64,000 nucleotides of DNA from the NCBI GenBank assembly GCA_963752265.1, contig CAVVZW010000002.1:5262-69261 (forward strand), read 5' to 3'. Position numbers and translations under genes: made by a program. The stretch's first letter is position 1. Each line of letters opens with the position of its first letter. The notes under the pieces are model-generated. The model ran no database searches, was not told the origin of the DNA, and was given only the letters and a program-made list of their open reading frames with translations. Source of the stretch: an uncultured Alphaproteobacteria bacterium (GTDB taxonomy: Bacteria; Pseudomonadota; Alphaproteobacteria; Rhizobiales; Xanthobacteraceae). Positions 29,556 to 39,575 of this stretch are shown here, piece by piece.

Positions 29556-30277
29556 CCAAGCCAGTGCATGACCTCGTCCACGCTTTCCACCCGCATCCGG
29601 TCGGGCACTTCCGGCCGCGTAATCATGATCACGGGCAAACCCAATTCACGGGCGGCGTCGATCTTGGCGCGCGCACCCACTCCGCCGGAATTGCGGGCGA
29701 CGACCCACTCGATACGCCGCGCACGCATCATGTCCAGTTCGCCGGCAAGGGTGAACGGTCCGCGCGAAACGATGAGATCAGCATCTGGCAGCGGGAGCGC
29801 CCCTTCGGCGGCGTCGATGAAGCGGAGCGTGTAAGCGTGCTGCGGCCGCGCCGAAAACGACGCGATGTGCTGCCGCCCGATGGCAAGAAACACGCGCGCG
29901 GGCTCTTCCGGCAGGACCGTGACGGCGGATGCGATATCATCGACCTCGATCCAGATATCGCCGGGCGATTTCGCCCATGGTTGACGCTCCAGTGCGATCA
30001 ACGGCGTTGCCGTTGCCGCGCAAGCCGTCACTGCATTGCGGCTGATCTCGGTTGCAAAGGGATGGGTCGCGTCAACCACATGCGTGAAACCTTGTTGCCT
30101 GATAGCATCGGCAAGACCGTCGGCGCCGCCGAAGCCGCCAGTTCGCGTCGGCAGCGGCTGATTAACCGGCACCTGCGTTCTTCCGGCGTAGGAATAGATC
30201 GCGTCGACACCCGCAGCCGCAACAGCGGCCGCCAGCAGATTCGCTTCGCTCGTTCCGCCCAGGATGAGGACGCGCAT
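29531..30277 (-). CDS. cobK: Precorrin-6A reductase
   Basis: [35 protein letters not shown]. Confidence 0.93.
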   Translation of the reverse strand: MRVLILGGTSEANLLAAAVAAAGVDAIYSYAGRTQVPVNQPLPTRTGGFGGADGLADAIRQQGFTHVVDATHPFATEISRNAVTACAATATPLIALERQPWAKSPGDIWIEVDDIASAVTVLPEEPARVFLAIGRQHIASFSARPQHAYTLRFIDAAEGALPLPDADLIVSRGPFTLAGELDMMRARRIEWVVARNSGGVGARAKIDAARELGLPVIMITRPEVPDRMRVESVDEVMHWLGHRACLGA

Positions 30278-31457
30278 GGATAGTCCCTGGCTCACCATTA
30301 TCGGCATCGGCGAAGATGGCCTTTCCGGCCTATCGGAAGCAAGCCGAAAGGCATTGGCCGAAGCCGAAGTCGTTTTTGGCGGAGAGCGGCATCTGGCGCT
30401 CGCCGATGTCGGAGATCGCGGAAGGCGCTGGCCGGTGCCATTCGACGTGAGCGAAGTGCTCGCCTGCCGTGGCCGCGCGACTGCCGTGCTCGCCTCAAGC
30501 GATCCGTTCTGGCATGGCGTCGGCAGCATTCTTGCCGAGCGTCTTAGCGGCACCGAATGGATCGCCCATCCCGCGCCTTCGACTTTTTCGCTCGCCGCAT
30601 CGCGTTTGGGATGGCCGCTCGAATCCGTAACTTGCCTTGGTCTACACGCCGCGCCGTTCGAATGCCTCGTGCCGCATCTGGCGCAAGGCGAAAAGATCAT
30701 CTGCTTGTTGCGCAACGGCCATGCCGCGATTGATCTCGCAACATGGCTGACCGCGCGTAACTGGGGCGCTTCGCAGCTATGGACGCTGACCGCGCTCGGG
30801 GGACCGCGTGAATCCATCACGCAACATCGGGTTGACAGTTACACGACAGATCCGGCGGCAACGCTTGTTGCCGTGGCGCTGGAGGCGAAAGGTTCAAACG
30901 GACTGCCGCGCAGCTCTGGCCTTTCGGATGTGCTGTTCGTGCACGATGGTCAGATCACGAAGCGGCCGATGCGCGCGCTGGCATTATCCGCGCTTGCGCC
31001 ACGGCCGGGCGAACACTTATGGGACATCGGCGCGGGCTCCGGCTCGATCTCGATCGAATGGGCTCTGCACGGCGGAACCGCTGTTGCGATTGAGGCCCGC
31101 GGCGATCGCGCCGAAAATATCATCAAAAACGCCGAAGCCTTCGGCCTCGGCCATCGGATCACCGTCGTCGAGGGAACGGCACCCGGTAATTTGATAGACA
31201 TGCCTGCGCCGCAAGCAGTCTTCATCGGGGGCGGTCTCAATGCTTCGTTGTTCGATTGTCTTTGGCCGTTGATCCCGGAGGGAACGCGGCTGGTTGCGCA
31301 TGCGGTGACGCTTGAGACCGAAGCACTGCTGTCAGAACTGCACCAGCGTCACGGCGGCGAATTGATGCGGATCGAGATTGCCCATGCCGGCCCGCTCGGT
31401 AGCTATCGTGCCTATGAGCCGGCGCGACCGGTCGTGCAATGGAGTGTGGAGAAATGA
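30276..31457 (+). CDS. cobL: Precorrin-6Y C5,15-methyltransferase (CbiE/CbiT)
   Basis: [29 protein letters not shown]. Confidence 0.93.
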   Translation: MDSPWLTIIGIGEDGLSGLSEASRKALAEAEVVFGGERHLALADVGDRGRRWPVPFDVSEVLACRGRATAVLASSDPFWHGVGSILAERLSGTEWIAHPAPSTFSLAASRLGWPLESVTCLGLHAAPFECLVPHLAQGEKIICLLRNGHAAIDLATWLTARNWGASQLWTLTALGGPRESITQHRVDSYTTDPAATLVAVALEAKGSNGLPRSSGLSDVLFVHDGQITKRPMRALALSALAPRPGEHLWDIGAGSGSISIEWALHGGTAVAIEARGDRAENIIKNAEAFGLGHRITVVEGTAPGNLIDMPAPQAVFIGGGLNASLFDCLWPLIPEGTRLVAHAVTLETEALLSELHQRHGGELMRIEIAHAGPLGSYRAYEPARPVVQWSVEK

Positions 31458-32236
31458 CCGTGCACTTCATCGGCGCGGGGCCTGGTGCTGCCGACCTCAT
31501 CACCTTGCGCGGCCGCGACCTCATCGCCGCCTGTCCGGTATGCCTCTATGCCGGCTCGCTGGTGCCGGAAGGAATTCTGGCGCATTGCCCGCAAGGCGCG
31601 CGGATCGTCAACACCGCGCCGCTGTCGCTCGACGACATCATCGCGGAGATTGCGGCCGCGCATGCGGAAGGAAAGGATGTCGCACGGCTGCATTCCGGTG
31701 ACCTCTCGATCTGGTCGGCAATGGGCGAACAACTGCGCCGGCTGCGCGCGCTTGGGATTCCCTATACGGTCACGCCCGGCGTACCGGCGTTTGCCGCGGC
31801 CGCCGCCGCGCTTCAAGCGGAACTGACGCTGCCCGGGCTGGCGCAATCGGTGGTGCTGACGCGCATGCCGGGCCGGGCAAGCGCGATGCCCGAGGGCGAA
31901 CGCCTGGCAGCTTTTGCCGCGACCGGCGCGGTGCTGGCAGTTCATCTGTCGATCCATATGCTCGATCAATTGATCGCCGAGCTCGCGCCTCACTATGGGC
32001 GTGACTGCCCGGTCGCGATCGTCTGGCGCGCGAGCTGGCCGGACCAGCGCATTATCAGCGCGACACTCGGCACGCTTGATGCGGCTATCAGTAACGAACT
32101 GGAACGCACCGCGCTCGTTTTCGTCGGCCGAACGCTGGATACAGAGGCATTTGCCGAGAGCCGGCTTTATGCTGTCGACTATGACCGCCGCTATCGTCCG
32201 GCCGGTCCCGCGCCGCGCTTTCCGGAGAAACCCTGA
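31454..32236 (+). CDS. cobM: Precorrin-4 C11-methyltransferase
   Basis: [29 protein letters not shown]. Confidence 0.95.
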   Translation: MTVHFIGAGPGAADLITLRGRDLIAACPVCLYAGSLVPEGILAHCPQGARIVNTAPLSLDDIIAEIAAAHAEGKDVARLHSGDLSIWSAMGEQLRRLRALGIPYTVTPGVPAFAAAAAALQAELTLPGLAQSVVLTRMPGRASAMPEGERLAAFAATGAVLAVHLSIHMLDQLIAELAPHYGRDCPVAIVWRASWPDQRIISATLGTLDAAISNELERTALVFVGRTLDTEAFAESRLYAVDYDRRYRPAGPAPRFPEKP

Positions 32237-33546
32237 TGGCGCGCGGCCTCATCATTTCGGCGACGGCATCAGGTGTTGGCAAAACCACACTGACGCTGGC
32301 TTTGGCGCGCGCCTGTCGCGATCGCGGGCTGAGCGTGCAGTGCTTCAAGAGCGGACCCGACTATATCGATCCCGCATTTCATTCAGCCGCAACGGGACGC
32401 GTTTCCGTCAACATCGACAGTTGGGCGATGACCCGCGAGAACATCGAAGCGCTCGTCGCACGCGGCGCTGACGCCGATCTCGTTCTTGCCGAAGGCTCGA
32501 TGGGCCTTTTCGACGGCGTCGCCATGCCCGGCGTCTCCGGCACTGGCGCGACCGCCGATATCGCGGCGATGATGGGTTGGCCGGTCTTGCTCGTGATCGA
32601 TCCCTCAGGTCAGGCGCAAACCGCCGCCGCCGTCGCCGCTGGCCTGCGGGATTTTCGCGCCGGTGTGCGGTTTGCCGGCGTCGTTCTCAATCGTGTTGCC
32701 AGCCCGCGGCATGAAGACCTCGTGCGTCGTGCGCTAACAGACGCCGGCATTGAGGTATTCGGCGCCTTGCCGCGGCATGCTGCGATCGAGCTGCCCAAGC
32801 GACACCTGGGGCTCGTGCAAGCCGAGGAGCAGAAAAGTATCAGCCATCTGATCGGCGAAGCGGCGCGCTTCATCACTCAACACGTCGATCTGGACGCGAT
32901 CCTGCAATCGGCCGGCAACTGGTCCGCGAAGCCGCCTTCAGGAAGCGCAAACCTCACACCGCCCGGGCAGCGCATTGCGCTGGCGCGTGACGCCGCGTTC
33001 TCTTTTATCTACCCACACATGTTGGAGGCCTGGCGCGCGGCGGGTGCCGAGATTTCAACTTTCTCACCACTTGCTGACGAAGGCCCTGACACGAACGCGG
33101 ACGTATGCTGGCTGCCGGGCGGCTACCCCGAACTCCACGCCGGGCGGCTCTCAGGCAACAAGAGATTTCAGCGTCAGCTTTCTTCCTTTGCCGAGACGCG
33201 GCCGGTCCATGGCGAGTGCGGAGGCTATATGGTGCTGGGGACGGCTTTGACCGATGCCGACGGCGTGAGCCACCCGATGACTGGATTGCTTGGCCTTCAG
33301 ACCAGCTTTGCCCAACGGCGCATGCATCTCGGCTACCGGCTTGCGGAACTCGCCTTACCCATCCCAGGCTATCAAACAGGTAGCCGTCTGCGCGGCCACG
33401 AATTCCATTATTCCACGATCCTGGCTCAGCCCGACATGCCGCTGGCTTTGGTGCGCGATGCGACCGGCGCCATGATTGCTGAAACCGGATCGCGGCGCGG
33501 CTCCGTCACCGGCACGTTCTTTCACCTCATTGCGGAAGACCGATGA
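32236..33546 (+). CDS. cobB: Hydrogenobyrinate a,c-diamide synthase
   Basis: SGVGKT, KSGPDYIDP, EGSMGLFDG, GGYPE, GECGG, HEFHY. Confidence 0.95.
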   Translation: MARGLIISATASGVGKTTLTLALARACRDRGLSVQCFKSGPDYIDPAFHSAATGRVSVNIDSWAMTRENIEALVARGADADLVLAEGSMGLFDGVAMPGVSGTGATADIAAMMGWPVLLVIDPSGQAQTAAAVAAGLRDFRAGVRFAGVVLNRVASPRHEDLVRRALTDAGIEVFGALPRHAAIELPKRHLGLVQAEEQKSISHLIGEAARFITQHVDLDAILQSAGNWSAKPPSGSANLTPPGQRIALARDAAFSFIYPHMLEAWRAAGAEISTFSPLADEGPDTNADVCWLPGGYPELHAGRLSGNKRFQRQLSSFAETRPVHGECGGYMVLGTALTDADGVSHPMTGLLGLQTSFAQRRMHLGYRLAELALPIPGYQTGSRLRGHEFHYSTILAQPDMPLALVRDATGAMIAETGSRRGSVTGTFFHLIAEDR

Positions 33547-34319
33547 CTTCACCCGCCGTGCATCAAGCTGATATCGCGCTGTCATTGATCGGCATCGGCT
33601 GCGGCGATCCCAAACAGCTCACGCTGGCGGCGATCCGCGCCATCAACGCCGCCGACCTCATCCTCGTTCCGCGCAAGGGCGACGAGAAGTCCGAACTCGC
33701 TGACTTGCGGCGGACCATTTGCGCTGACGTTCTCACGGACGCTGCGACCCGCGTCGTCGAATTCGACCTTCCAAAGCGCAACGCGAGCGAAGAAGACTAT
33801 CGCAAAGGCGTGGACGAATGGCACGACGCCGTTGCCGCGACATGGTCGAGAGAAATTGAAAATCACCTTGGAAAAAACGGCCGGGTTGCGCTGCTGATCT
33901 GGGGCGATCCCTCGCTCTATGATTCGAGCCTGCGGATTGCGCGAAGGCTCGATCCTCTGCCTGATATCGAGGTGATCCCCGGCGTCACTTCGATCCAGGC
34001 ACTTTGCGCCGCGCATGCGCTGCCCGTGAATGAAATCGGCGAGCCATTTTTGGTCACGACAGGCCGCCGCTTGCGTGAAGATGGCTGGCCGGCTGGCGTC
34101 AATACCGTGGTGGTGATGCTGGACGGCGGCGCAGCGTTCCAGTCGCTCGATCCCAAGGGATTGAACATCTGGTGGGGCGCGTATCTCGGCATGCCCAACG
34201 AGATTCTTCTATCAGGCGCCCTCGCCGACGCCGGCCCGCGCATTGCCGCTGCGCGGAGCGAAGCCCGCGAAAACCATGGCTGGATCATGGACAGCTACAT
34301 TCTCAAGCGTATCTCATAA
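33543..34319 (+). CDS. cobF: Precorrin-6A synthase (deacetylating)
   Basis: IGIGCGDP, WGDPSLYDS, TTGRRL, WGAYLG, GWIMD. Confidence 0.93.
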   Translation: MTSPAVHQADIALSLIGIGCGDPKQLTLAAIRAINAADLILVPRKGDEKSELADLRRTICADVLTDAATRVVEFDLPKRNASEEDYRKGVDEWHDAVAATWSREIENHLGKNGRVALLIWGDPSLYDSSLRIARRLDPLPDIEVIPGVTSIQALCAAHALPVNEIGEPFLVTTGRRLREDGWPAGVNTVVVMLDGGAAFQSLDPKGLNIWWGAYLGMPNEILLSGALADAGPRIAAARSEARENHGWIMDSYILKRIS

Positions 34320-34357
34320 AGATCTTCAGATCAGCGAAAGCAAACAAGGCGAAACAC

Positions 34358-35408
34358 ATGCTTCCCGAATGGGTCACTCAAGAATGTCCGGACATCTCGA
34401 CCGCGCACCGTGACGCTGCGCTCGCGCGCCAGGCTCAGCTCACAAAGCCGGCCGGCTCGCTCGGCCGGATCGAGGACCTCGCATGCGAACTCGCAGCTCT
34501 CCAGCAGACGGAGCGGCCCCGCGCGGCGCGCGTGCCGATCATTATCTTTGCCGGTGATCATGGCGTCGTCGCCCAGGGCGTATCGGCCTATCCGCAGGAA
34601 GTCACGATTGCCATGATGGCCAATTTCGCAAGCGGAGGAGCAGCGATCTCGGTTTTGGCGCGTGAGCTGGGTTCAACTCTGGAGGTGGTGGACGCCGGGA
34701 CCCTCGCCCAATCGCCTATTCCAGGCATCGTCACCGACAAGCCGCGCCATGGCAGCCGCGACTTCAGCCATGAGGCCGCGCTGACGCCTGACGAGATAGC
34801 CTTCGCCCTGGAGTGCGGCAAGCGAGCGGTTTTGCGCGCGAACGATCCGGATATCCTGATCTTTGGCGAGATGGGCATTGGCAACACGACGGCCTCGGCG
34901 GCCATCGCGGCGGCTCTCCTCGGGCTCAGTGCCGGGCAAACGGCCGGCAGCGGGACCGGCGTCGATGCGAAGGGGCGCGCGCTCAAAACGCGTGTGATCG
35001 ACCAGGCTCTCGCGCTTCATGGGCTGACGCAGGCCGGCACGTCTAGTTGAAAAGGTGCTGTGTGCCGTTGGCGGCCTGGAAATGTCAGCCATCTGCGGCG
35101 CCATCATCGCGGCGGCCCAGCGCCGGATTCCGATCCTGGTCGATGGCTTCATCGTGTCGGTTGCGGCGCTGGCCGCGGTGCGGATCAACCCTTCTTGCCG
35201 GCCGTTTCTACTCGCATCCCATCGATCCGCTGAGCAAGGGCACCGGCTGGTGCTCGAGGCGCTGAAGTTGCAGCCGCTGATCGATCTGGGCTTGCGGCTC
35301 GGTGAGGGGTCGGGCGCGGCGATCGCGCTGCCGCTGTTGCGGCTCGCCTGCGCGCTCCATAACGATATGGCGACGTTCGCGCAGGCCAACGTGCCCGATC
35401 GAGCGTAG
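34358..35408 (+). CDS. cobT: Nicotinate-nucleotide-dimethylbenzimidazole phosphoribosyltransferase; +1 frameshift near 35045
   Basis: [22 protein letters not shown] in one frame; [16 protein letters not shown] in another. Confidence 0.88.
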
Positions 35409-35419
35409 GGTATATCGGT

Positions 35420-36001
35420 CTAACGAAAATTCTGGTTCACCGACATCACGCGCCACGCTCCGTCCAGACGATCGATCCGTGTCATCGAGAGCGGATCAAC
35501 CGCAAACCGCAGCGCGGCCTGCGGCGCGAGTTCGAGCGCAATGCAGAGCATCGCGCGAATTGTTCCGGAATGGACCACCAGAATGGCCGAACCCGCCTCG
35601 ATCCGGCCGATGCCTTGCCGAACCCGGGCGACTTGATCTTCGAAGCTCTCCCCGCCCGGCGGGGTCGAGCGGGCTGGATCGCTCCAGAATTGTGCATAGG
35701 CTTGCCCGCCGCTGGCGGCCAGATCGTCGTGACGCCGGCCGGTCCAGTCACCGAAATCCTGCTCGGCAAACTCACCCATCAGCACGGGATCAAGCTGCAA
35801 GGCCTTTGCCGTATCGATCGTTCGCTGCGCCGGGCTTGCATAAGCCTTCGCGTCTTGCGGCAGACGCGCGCGCAAGAGATCGAACGAACCGCGATCCCTG
35901 AGATCGGCCGGAGCGCGCGGGCCCCAGATCGTTCCCTCTGTTCCCTTGGGACCGTCGACCGCTGCATGTCGTATGAGCCAAAAGGAGGTGGTTTCGCTCA
36001 T
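35420..36001 (-). CDS. Histidine phosphatase (CobC-like alpha-ribazole phosphatase candidate)
   Basis: LIRHA, SPAQR, EQDFGDW, PGGES, HSGTIR. Confidence 0.85.
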   Translation of the reverse strand: MSETTSFWLIRHAAVDGPKGTEGTIWGPRAPADLRDRGSFDLLRARLPQDAKAYASPAQRTIDTAKALQLDPVLMGEFAEQDFGDWTGRRHDDLAASGGQAYAQFWSDPARSTPPGGESFEDQVARVRQGIGRIEAGSAILVVHSGTIRAMLCIALELAPQAALRFAVDPLSMTRIDRLDGAWRVMSVNQNFR

Positions 36002-36020
36002 CTCGCGTACCTTTAGACTA

Positions 36021-36723
36021 TCAAACCGCTGACGCCACGTATCTACGCCAACCGTCGCTCCGCAAGCGGCAGGCATCGCAACTTCCGCAGCCAAACCCCC
36101 AATCGTGACGATGGCTCCGGTCGCCCTGATAGCAACTGTGCGTCTTGTCAATGATGAGATCGACGAGCGCGCGACCGCCGAGCTTGTTTGCAAGCTCCCA
36201 GGTCGCGGCCTTGTCGATCCACATCAGAGGCGTCTCGATCACAAGCCGCGCCTCCATGCCGAGATTGATCGCAACCTGAAGCGCCTTCACCGTGTCGTCG
36301 CGGCAATCGGGGTAGCCGGAGTAGTCTGTCTCGCAGACACCCGTGACGAGGTGCTTGATCTTGCGCTGATGGGCGACGATGGCCGCGAAGGTGAGGAACA
36401 ACAGATTTCTGCCGGGAACGAATGTCGCCGGCAATCCGTCGGCGCGCGTATCAAATGGCAAGTCCGCGGTGAGAGCACTAACGCTGACCTCGGCGAGAAC
36501 ACCGAGATCGATGAGATGATCCCGCCCGAGCTTCGCCTTCCATGCTGGCATGATCGCCTCCAGGCCCGCCCGCACAGGCATACGGCATTCCATCTCCACC
36601 AGATGACGTTGACCGTAGGTGAAGCCGATCGTTTCAACGTGGTCGTAGCGCGACAGCGCCCATGCGAGGCACGTCGTCGAAATCCTGGCCGCCGGAGAAA
36701 AGAACGAGCGCGCTTTCGGACAT
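36021..36723 (-). CDS. queC: 7-cyano-7-deazaguanine synthase; +1 frameshift near 36681
   Basis: LFSGGQD(STTC), [28 protein letters not shown]. Confidence 0.9.
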
Positions 36724-36731
36724 AAGGTTTC

Positions 36732-37091
36732 CTAATCACGCCCGTCATATTCCGCCCAGCAGTCAGGCGTCTCATAGACCTTCACCGCGGAAAGCTGCGG
36801 CAATCTGGTTTTGGTCCGGCTCCAGATCCAGATTGCGATATTCTCCGCCGTCGGATTTTCCAGCCCCTGGACCTCGTTCAGATAGTGATGATCCAGCGTT
36901 TTCAGCAAAGGCGCGAATGTCTCCTCGACATCGAAAAAATCCGCCACGAAGCCGGTGTTGATATCGACGGGACCGCTCAAGATGAGCTCGACCCGATAAG
37001 AATGCCCATGCATCCGGTGACATCGGTGCGTTTGGGGAACATTCGGCAGACGATGCGCCGCTTCGAAACGAAAGGCCTGGGATATTTTCAT
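36732..37091 (-). CDS. queD: 6-carboxy-5,6,7,8-tetrahydropterin synthase
   Basis: FEAAHRLP, CHRMHGHSY, LDHHYLN, PTAENIA, ETP. Confidence 0.95.
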   Translation of the reverse strand: MKISQAFRFEAAHRLPNVPQTHRCHRMHGHSYRVELILSGPVDINTGFVADFFDVEETFAPLLKTLDHHYLNEVQGLENPTAENIAIWIWSRTKTRLPQLSAVKVYETPDCWAEYDGRD

Positions 37092-37723
37092 CGGATGCCG
37101 AGATGCTTGTGGGTCTGGACGCTCAGGCGCCATTTCGGATGGGTCAGGCAGTATCCGATCGCATCGCGCGTGTGGGCGATAACGTCGGGACCGTCCATGG
37201 GCTGAAGAAGGAAGTTTTCAAACGCGAGATCCGCGAAGCGTTCGGGCAGCGCGTCGGCTTGCGGATAAACCAGCTTCAGTTCCTGGCCGTTCACGATCTC
37301 CAGCCGCGTGTTCGACTTGGGACTGACGCAAATCCAGTCGATGCCGTCAGGCGCAGGCAAGGTGCCATTGGTTTCGATGGCGATGCGAAAACCGCGACTG
37401 TGAAGCGCGCGCACAAGACCTTCGTCAACCTGCAGCAGGGGCTCTCCTCCTGTGAGCACGCAGAGGCGATTGGTTTGGCCGCCGGTCCATTCCCTCTCGA
37501 TCGCATCCGCAAGTTCATCGGCGTCGCGATATCGGCCACCTTTGGTGCCATTCGTTCCGACAAAGTCGGTGTCACAGAACGTGCAGACCGCGGCGCTTCG
37601 ATCGGTTTCCCGTCCGCTCCAGAGATTGCAGCCGGCAAATCGGCAGAACACCGCAGGGCAGCCCGCCTGCATGCCTTCGCCCTGCAGCGTCAGAAATATC
37701 TCCTTGACCGTGAAAGAGCCCAT
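37088..37723 (-). CDS. queE: 7-carboxy-7-deazaguanine synthase (radical SAM, Cx14CxxC type)
   Basis: TLQGEG, FCRFAGCNLW...CTFCDTDF, TGGEP, ETNG, LSVQTHK. Confidence 0.95.
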   Translation of the reverse strand: MGSFTVKEIFLTLQGEGMQAGCPAVFCRFAGCNLWSGRETDRSAAVCTFCDTDFVGTNGTKGGRYRDADELADAIEREWTGGQTNRLCVLTGGEPLLQVDEGLVRALHSRGFRIAIETNGTLPAPDGIDWICVSPKSNTRLEIVNGQELKLVYPQADALPERFADLAFENFLLQPMDGPDVIAHTRDAIGYCLTHPKWRLSVQTHKHLGIR

Positions 37724-37742
37724 CGGAACCTGATCGCATTTC

Positions 37743-37778
37743 ATTGGTGGGGTGATCGAAATTGGTGGGGTGATCGAA
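37743..37778. repeat. Perfect 18-bp tandem duplication
   Basis: ATTGGTGGGGTGATCGAA x2, just upstream of queE. Confidence 0.95.
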
Positions 37779-37978
37779 CGACGAGCCGTGCGACATGGTC
37801 TGTCGCCTGATCTCCCGTTCTCTGGCGCGGGACACCCTGCTAGCTATTTGCCAGCTGGGGAGCAACGGGAAAATGAACAGAAGACGCCGCGCCGGCATGG
37901 CCGAAACCCGCGTCCGCGATGATCGGCCATCAGGCGATTTCAGAACTCAGGACCTGACAGCTGTCAACGCGCCCAGCC

Positions 37979-39277
37979 TCACTTCGAGGTGAAGGCGTCA
38001 TAGACGAGTTTCCGGAACGCGACCCTGATGGGGCCACGCTCGTTATCGGTCTGTTCCATCAGCAGGTAAAACATGTCGAGCTTGCGGTCGATGCCAACAT
38101 AGGTGCCGCTTAAACTGTCCCACTTCAGCTCACCCATGGAGCCCGGCTGTCTGGTTTCTCCCGCGCTGGTGCGCACAGCAAAGCCATAGCCGTAACCGAA
38201 GCCATCGCCCGGGAAATAGAAATAATCGTGGCCGATGCCCGTGCCCGGACCGACATGGTCGGTCGTCATATCCTTGAACGCGGCCGGGCTGAGGTAACGC
38301 TTGCCTTCGAACGTACCGCCGTTCAGCAGCATTTGCGTGAAGCGTCCATAATCGACGATCGTCGAGACCAGCCCGCCACCACCGGATTCCCACTCGGGAT
38401 GGGACCTGCGCCTGCGCTCCTGATCGACGAGATTCACATCGCCTGGCAGTGGCTCCGCCATCAATGCACGCTCTTCGGGCGTATCCAGCACGAACTTCGT
38501 GTGTGTCATTCCAAGCGGATCGAAGATCGACCGCTTCATGAAGTGATAGAGTGTCTCGCCCGAGGCGACTTCGATGACGCGCCCAAGCACGTCTGCCGAA
38601 TGACCATAACGCCAGAACGTACCGGGTTGCCGCGTCAGCGGCAGTTTGCCAATCCGCTCGGCAAGATCCGCGTTGCTGAACTGCCCGTCGAAAAGATGAC
38701 CTCCATCATAAAGCTTTTCGACCCAGCCGCCGACGTAACCCCCGGCGATACCCGAGGTTTGCAGAAGCAGATCCCTGACCGTCGGTGGCCGCGCGGCAGG
38801 AACAAGCTCGAACGGCGGTTTGCCCTGCGCATCGGCTTGCTCCAGCGCCACCTTCGCATCCGCAAAGGACGGCACGTATTTCGCCACGGGATCATCGAGC
38901 GACAGTTTTCCGGCATCGACCAGCATCATCGCAGCTAAGCTCGTGATCGGCTTGGTCATCGAGCGAAGAGCAAAAATCGTATCCGCCGTCATCGGACGGC
39001 TGGTCCTGACGTCGCGCATCCCGAATGTCTTCTGGTAGACGGGCCGGCCATGCTGCTGGATCAGGACGATGGCGCCGGAGATCTTGCCCGTAGCAACCTC
39101 GTTTTCGAAGAAATCGCCAAGCAGCCGAAGCTTCTCGGCCGATGGCGCATTCGCTTCAGCCCCGCGGGCCTTTGTGCTGACATGCGCGCAACACAGCATC
39201 AAGCCAGCGATCAAAGCCCAGCGGCCGGCCGAGACTGTGCGCTGAGGGGGCAAGGCGAATCCTGCTGGCTGGGTCAT
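37979..39277 (-). CDS. Exported serine hydrolase (beta-lactamase/esterase family)
   Basis: SMTK (SxxK), WRYG, IFDPLGM, GGGGLVST; N-terminal signal-like segment. Confidence 0.9.
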   Translation of the reverse strand: MTQPAGFALPPQRTVSAGRWALIAGLMLCCAHVSTKARGAEANAPSAEKLRLLGDFFENEVATGKISGAIVLIQQHGRPVYQKTFGMRDVRTSRPMTADTIFALRSMTKPITSLAAMMLVDAGKLSLDDPVAKYVPSFADAKVALEQADAQGKPPFELVPAARPPTVRDLLLQTSGIAGGYVGGWVEKLYDGGHLFDGQFSNADLAERIGKLPLTRQPGTFWRYGHSADVLGRVIEVASGETLYHFMKRSIFDPLGMTHTKFVLDTPEERALMAEPLPGDVNLVDQERRRRSHPEWESGGGGLVSTIVDYGRFTQMLLNGGTFEGKRYLSPAAFKDMTTDHVGPGTGIGHDYFYFPGDGFGYGYGFAVRTSAGETRQPGSMGELKWDSLSGTYVGIDRKLDMFYLLMEQTDNERGPIRVAFRKLVYDAFTSK

Positions 39278-39438
39278 GGTGTGATGCCCTGTGTTCTGGC
39301 ATTTAATTGCGCTCAATAAAATTGGCCGTCGTCCCGAGATGACACATTGCGGCGAGCGCTTTTAGGAGTGCCAGTTGTGAAGGTCCTGATCGACCCGACA
39401 ATCGGCAAATTCGCGGGTGTAAAAGTGGTTCCTAATTA

Positions 39439-39450
39439 TGCAGTGCAGCA
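39439..39450 (+). promoter_or_regulatory. PhaR-like box
   Basis: TGCAGTGCAGCA, identical to 53652-53663; fits TGCRNYGCASMA. Confidence 0.5.
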
Positions 39451-39575
39451 AAACGGCCCCCCGCAACGGCTTGATATTAGATCACGGTAGCCTAGCGTAG
39501 CGAGCGTAGCTAAAAGCATGCGTCAGCGTCACGCCAATAAAAACCCAAGCTAAATAGGATTTCCGGAGGACGACC

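Noticed and set aside
37743-37778. CRISPR-like repeat
   Set aside because: Two adjacent 18-mers with no spacer and no cas genes.
39471-39485. FNR/FixK2-like box TTGAT-N5-ATCAC upstream of the ThDP gene
   Set aside because: The spacer is one base too long and the right half-site is imperfect.
39489-39511. TAGC-rich short repeats in the ThDP gene promoter region
   Set aside because: Short and irregular; cannot be told from chance.
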